A DNA stretch of 64,000 bases, from the NCBI GenBank assembly GCA_918797485.1, contig CAKKNE010000004.1, positions 3,534,001 through 3,598,000 on the forward strand. The letters run 5' to 3'. Shown piece by piece: positions 59,403 to 64,000 of the stretch. This DNA is from Pelagomonas calceolata (taxonomy: Eukaryota). A program made the translations under genes and the position numbers. The notes below the pieces were generated by a model. It made no database searches and was not told the DNA's origin. It saw nothing but the letters and a program-made list of their open reading frames with translations. Within the stretch, counting starts at the first letter, position 1; the number at the start of each line of letters is the position of its first letter.

Positions 59403-60755
59403 CTACGCGGACAGCACCGTCACCGAGTCCAGGTCGTCCACGAGGTCCATGAGCATTTCGCGGACCGCCGAGTTGTATTCGCCGGGTCCCGAGACGACGA
59501 CGCGGCAGGGCTGGGGCATTTTTTGATACGCCTCACTCAAAATCTGGGCCGAGAGCCGCCCCCGGACCACAGAGGCGTTCTCCAATCCTGCGACCGCCGC
59601 GTCGACGTCGACGTCGGGAGCATTCGGGAACGGCACGTCGCCCTCCGCCGCCGGCGACAGTAATAAAGTACAATTCCGAAGTCCCGCGGCGTCGCCCTCC
59701 TCGCGACACCACGCCGCGCACCGCGGCGCCATCGGGGCGTCGTCCTCCCTACAAGAGAGCAGCACGTCGATGGGCACGCGGAGCTGGTCGCGCTTCGGCG
59801 TCGAGATGCGGAGCGAGCCGTAGGGGTCGCGGTGCGCCAGGATCTGCGGGAGCGCGACGACGCCCGTGCCGGCGAGCAAAAGTAGGACCGAGGCGGGCCG
59901 GAAGGAGGGCCCGTCGTCGTGGACCAACGACGGCACCGCGAGCGTCCGCACGGGCCGCGACAGCCATATCGTCTCGGGCTTGGTCCGATAGAGCCACGAC
60001 GTCGCCTTGCCATCAGCATAAATCTTGATCAAAATTTCGACGCGGCCCTGCTCCCACTGGTGCGCTGACGAGATGGGCGTGTAATCCCTTTCGATCCAGG
60101 GCAGCGGGCCCTCGTCGTTCGCGCCGACCTCGGCGAGGAGCGTCGTGTGCCACGTGATCGGCCGCGGCACGCGGCCCCGCCCGCGCGGGTGCGGCGTGCC
60201 GCGCTTGCGGTCCTTGGACGTGTAGGTGAAGACGGCCGCGTGCCGCGACACCGGCTCGACGGACTCTAGCGACCACTTGGTGTACTCGGCAATCGCCTCA
60301 GGCATCTGCCCTGTCGAGTCGGCGGAGCCCACCTGCCTCCTCAACCAGTCGAGCTCCTCGCGCAGCCGCGGCTTCCCGACGGCCTCCGCGCCGAGGCCGT
60401 TCAGGGCGCTGTTCCAGTGGTAGACCTCCTTCGCGCGCTCCCGCGCCCGCGCCGCGCGGAGGCCCGCCAGCTTCTGCTTGATCTGATCGTCTTCCAGGTT
60501 CGGCTGGAGGCCCGTCGCGGCGGCGACGACGTCGGCGGAGGCCTCCAGAGACCGAATGAGGGTGTGCACCTTCGGGCGCTCCCCGCGCCTCACAACCACG
60601 GCGTTGGGCGCCTGGCTGCAGTAGCCGAGGCAGCCCGTCTCGTGCACGGTGCACTGGCCGCCGACGGCGCTGGCCAGCTCCTCTATTTCTGTGAGCACTC
60701 CTTCCGCGCCCCGGTTCAGACAGGTTCCGGCGTGGCATACGTGAACTTGGGCCAT
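59403..60755 (-). CDS. Thioredoxin-like [2Fe-2S] ferredoxin fused to a cytochrome-b5-reductase-like FAD/NAD(P)H domain
   Basis: VCHAGTC...TGCLGYCSQAPN, ERDYTPISS, LIKIYADGKATSWL, LLLAGTGV, VVVSGP. Confidence 0.85.
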   Translation of the reverse strand: MAQVHVCHAGTCLNRGAEGVLTEIEELASAVGGQCTVHETGCLGYCSQAPNAVVVRRGERPKVHTLIRSLEASADVVAAATGLQPNLEDDQIKQKLAGLRAARARERAKEVYHWNSALNGLGAEAVGKPRLREELDWLRRQVGSADSTGQMPEAIAEYTKWSLESVEPVSRHAAVFTYTSKDRKRGTPHPRGRGRVPRPITWHTTLLAEVGANDEGPLPWIERDYTPISSAHQWEQGRVEILIKIYADGKATSWLYRTKPETIWLSRPVRTLAVPSLVHDDGPSFRPASVLLLLAGTGVVALPQILAHRDPYGSLRISTPKRDQLRVPIDVLLSCREDDAPMAPRCAAWCREEGDAAGLRNCTLLLSPAAEGDVPFPNAPDVDVDAAVAGLENASVVRGRLSAQILSEAYQKMPQPCRVVVSGPGEYNSAVREMLMDLVDDLDSVTVLSA

Positions 60756-60935
60756 GTTTTTCGCTGCTGCACCTTCGGCGCAGTATGGCACTCAAGGGTT
60801 ACGTTTGGGCTCAAGCCGCAAACTAGACAGCTTCTCTGGCAACCGTATGAGCACCTATTTGCCTCAGCGGTGTTGGAACTTGTAATCAGAGACAACTGGC
60901 TTGATTATACAGGCTTTGCTTGCTTGCTAGGGATC

Positions 60936-60958
60936 CTAGTGTGTTACAGCACGCTAGC
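60936..60958. promoter_or_regulatory. Paired-CTAG upstream element
   Basis: CTAGTGTGTTACAGCACGCTAGC, 181 bp upstream of the ATG at 60755, next to TTGCTTGCTTGCTAG. Confidence 0.55.
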
Positions 60959-61029
60959 AGTTTTTGGGGAAACATCTAGGTGTAGTAATATTCTTAGGGG
61001 AACAACATCCAACCAGTAGTGCCGTGCAC

Positions 61030-62669
61030 TCAGGCCGGCGTCTGCGGAGCGCGCGACCGGCGGACGGCTGACGGGGGCGACCGGCGGTCCAGGACGTCCG
61101 CGACGCGCTCGGCGGACTCCGGCGACTGCGTCTTCCAGAGGTGCTGCAGCAGCGAGGGCGTCGACGGCGGTGGCCCAGGCGGTGGCGGCGGCGGCGGTGG
61201 CGGTGCGGACGGCGGCGGCACCCGCGCGGACCGCGGCCACGACGGCGGAGCTGCAGACGGCGGCGCCGCGGACGGCGGCGGCCCGGGCGGCGGCGGCCCA
61301 GGCGGCGGCGGAGGTAGAGGCGGTGGCGGCTGCTCGGCGACAACCGGCGCTGGGGGAGGCGGAGGCGGCGGCGACGGCCGCCGCTCGGCGACCACCGGTG
61401 CGGGCGGAGGCGGCGGCGGTGGCGGCGCGCGGCTTAGAAAGCGGGGCTCGAACGTGCACTCGGCGACCTCGGCCTCGTTGTTCGCCGCGCGCTCCTCCGC
61501 GACCTTCGCCCGCGCGCGCTCGAGCCAGGCCTGGTTCCGGTCCGCGAGGGACACGCCCTCCGTTGAAGAGCGGGGATCGTGCAGCGCCGGCGCAAACGTG
61601 TAGCCCGCGAGCTCCCGCTCGGCCTCGCGCGCGCGCCGGTCGCGCATGCGCGCGCGGCCCTCGGTCGCGTCGCGGTACAAGCGCGCCGCGGCGGCCGACG
61701 CTCTCCTCGTCGCCGCCATCTCGCGCGAGGCTCGTCGCCCGCCCGCCTCGCCCGACTCGCGCCGTTTGGCGCCGAACGTCGCCCGCACGGACCCCAGGAA
61801 GTCGCCATCCGCGACCTTGGCCCGCGTGCCGTGCGGCTTTGGCCTGCGCGCAAATCAACCAGTGAGTGGGTGCTCGCAAAGTCATATCTCGGCGACGACG
61901 CGGCTCAAGTCGCGTGGTCAGAGAACCGCACCGCCACGCCGTCAAGCAGGCGTCGCGTCGATGGCGTGGGAAGCGCCGCGAAACTTGATTCGCGCACAGG
62001 CCAAAACCGCGCCAGGCGCTCCGCGGCGGACTCGTCGTGCGCGACCGCGCGGCTCCCGGGGCAGACGTGGCTCGTGCTGCGCGCGTCACGCGCGGCCCGG
62101 TCCGCCGCGGCGGTGCGGCGCCGCGCGTCCTCCTGCCGCCGCAGCGCGTCCACGTAGAGCGTCGTCGCGCGCGCCGCCGCGCGCTCCGTCCGGCCCCGCG
62201 CCGCACGCGCCGCCGCCGCGCGGTCGGCGTCCTTCCGTCGCGCGAGGTCCTCGGCCCGCGCGCGCGCCGCCGCGTGGAGCCGCGCGTGGACGGCGTTGTC
62301 GCGCCGGAGCCGCGCCGCCTTGCGCGTGATCGCCGGCGTCGCGGTTCGCGCCGCGCGCTCGCGTTCGGCCGCGGCGCGCTTCGCGACCGCGCGCGCCGCG
62401 GCGCCGTGCGCGTGGAGCCGGTCCTCGACGCGCACGGCCGCCACGACCTCCCCGCCCGCGCCCGCGCCGCCCGCCGCCCAGAGGCCCGCGTCGCGGCTCC
62501 GCGCGGTCGCCGCGAGGCTTACGCTCGCGTCGCAGAGCCGCGGCGACCGCGGCTCCGCGTCAAGGGCCTCCTCCGCGGCCTGGCGCTCCGCGGCGAGCCG
62601 CGCGTCCTCCTCCTGGCGGCGGCGCCGGCGGTCCGCGTCGGCGTAGAGGCGCTGGCAGGCGGTCGCCAT
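61030..62669 (-). CDS. Arg/Ala-rich protein with TFxPxI/L repeats and a proline-rich tail; 2 exons (62669-62008, 61843-61030)
   Basis: Exons total 1476 nt. The join reads ERLARPKPHG. Motifs RLYADA, TATPAIT, YTFAPAL, ECTFEPRF. Confidence 0.7.
61844..61999. mobile_element. Diverged introner element (156 bp)
   Basis: TIRs CTGCGCGCAAATCAA / TTGATTCGCGCACAG. The body resembles the long family (ACCAGTG..., AGCAGGCGTCGCGTCGATGGCGTGG). Minus-strand GT..AG intron 62007->61844. Confidence 0.88.
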
Positions 62670-63020
62670 CAGTACTGTGCCGGTGGAGGCGACTGTACAA
62701 TGCGAGCACTGGGGCAGCGTATACGTCCCTCCGCCGCGGCTCCGAGCCCACGACTGCGTCGCGGTACCACCGCACTGATCGTGCAGACACAAAGTGGCAG
62801 CCAAGCAACAGCTCGAGGCTGCCCCGCACGGCGCGCGGGCGACTTCGGGGCGGCGGGGACTGCTCGGGCGCACGCGGGGGCGCGTACGGATCGATAGCGT
62901 TGTGCCCGACGAAGCCTTTCGCTCTCGCGCCTCGGCGGCGGCGACGCGAGTCACGCGACACGGCACTGCTCCGACGCCACCGACGCCATCGACGCGACAA
63001 GGACGAAAACTAGAACAATA

Positions 63021-63884
63021 TTACTCGTCGGCCTCCCGCAACCGCGCCACGACGGGGTACTTCCGCGCGAACAGCTTCTCCCAGTCGTCCAAGATCTTGA
63101 CCTCCTTCTCGTCGAGGTCACCTAAATCGGGCCATCCTCTATCAACGTCCTCGGGCTTGAAGGACATCTTCGCCAACGCTCTAGATGCGTCCTTGCCACA
63201 GAACAGGTGGTACGAGCAGCCCGCCCCATAGAAGCCGACGCCGCCATAGCCCACGTCGTAGACGTTGCCCCGCACGCCGATCAGGTGCTCGGCGCAGCAT
63301 CTTCCTGGAGATGGTGCGCAGGTGCCCGTGCCCCTCTCTAACAATTCGGCGCGCGAGATAACCTTGGTGGAGGGCGGTGTCGCCAGCCTTCCAAGGATCG
63401 GGTAGCCCTTCAGCTCCTTGAACTTAAAATGCCATTCGTCCAAATGCTCCCGCTCCCCGTGGTTCAACCCATCGATGGGCTGGTCCAGATCTACCTCTTC
63501 GAGGGACATCGTCGCGAGGCACTTCGACGCGTCCCGGCCAGCAAATAAAGCGTACCCACCACCCGGACCGTAGAAACTTCTCGCTTCGGAAACATCAAAC
63601 ACGTCGCCCTTGACGGCGACATACAACGGCGTGTCCTCGTCCTTGCCGTCGAATTCTCGGAGTTGCTTTGGTGTGAAGTCGCGCGGCGGCTCCTCGTCGT
63701 CTTCCTCATTAACTGGTGCGTGCGTGCCGTCTCTTTCGGGTTCGTTCGTGATGATATAGGCAGCATACGCGCCGAAGAGGACGCACAGGAGTAATGCTAC
63801 CGTCGACGTCGTCGAGCCGCCGGTGAGCCATTGTAGTAGCGACGGCGCGTCTTTTGTTATCGCTTCGGCGGCGGCGTCGGCCAT
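63021..63884 (-). CDS. MAPR-family protein: N-terminal TM plus two cytochrome b5-like heme/steroid-binding domains
   Basis: FTPKQLREFDG...YVAVKGDVFDVS...FYGPGGGYALFAGRDAS, and a second copy GNVYDV...YHLFCGKDASRALAKMS...KYPVV. Confidence 0.92.
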   Translation of the reverse strand: MADAAAEAITKDAPSLLQWLTGGSTTSTVALLLCVLFGAYAAYIITNEPERDGTHAPVNEEDDEEPPRDFTPKQLREFDGKDEDTPLYVAVKGDVFDVSEARSFYGPGGGYALFAGRDASKCLATMSLEEVDLDQPIDGLNHGEREHLDEWHFKFKELKGYPILGRLATPPSTKVISRAELLERGTGTCAPSPGRCCAEHLIGVRGNVYDVGYGGVGFYGAGCSYHLFCGKDASRALAKMSFKPEDVDRGWPDLGDLDEKEVKILDDWEKLFARKYPVVARLREADE

Positions 63885-64000
63885 GCTTATCTTATCTCTA
63901 TGCTATCTCGCGCCGCGACGATGGCCGTGTCACAGCTGCTCAATGACAGTGCACTGTGCTAGATCCGTGTGCGACCAATTATTCGTGGCGCAAGCGTTCG

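Noticed and set aside
1..64000. tRNA, rRNA or snRNA genes
   Set aside because: None recognisable by eye. A covariance-model scan would be needed to exclude them.

Overview
A GC-rich, very gene-dense eukaryotic nuclear region with about 38 protein-coding loci. Bipartite plastid-targeting peptides, the gene content and the 8-bp-TSD/TIR introns point to a pelagophyte alga (Pelagomonas/Aureococcus-like); this assignment is an inference. Recognisable genes include ArfGAP, an Hsp70-like protein, mTERF, a DSP-like pseudophosphatase, SerRS, an RBR E3, an LRR-IQ protein, an S10 carboxypeptidase, a GH99 endomannosidase, ceramide synthase, a Nudix hydrolase, IBA57/YgfZ, Pus10, a U-box protein, a ferredoxin/cb5R fusion and a MAPR protein. 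I saw no rRNA, tRNA, CRISPR array or transposase. Five structures stand out. (1) All seven introns I can resolve are introner-type elements or decayed relatives. Five keep 15-bp TIRs (CTGTGTGGAAATCAA-like), with the donor taken from the 8-bp flank/TSD and the acceptor from the TIR. (2) A MYND-TPR gene fragment is bracketed by 27-bp direct repeats that contain the introner core motif CGCCATCGACGCGA, which looks like a gene cassette inserted at a defined site. (3) A 54-aa TOM5-like ORF missing from the ORF track stops 1 nt before the ATG of an ankyrin gene, a candidate bicistronic locus. (4) A paired-CTAG element recurs about 100-230 bp upstream of many start codons. (5) A non-genic patch at 34-36 kb is built from colinear, deletion-riddled duplications. 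All product calls come from motif recognition by eye, not database searches.
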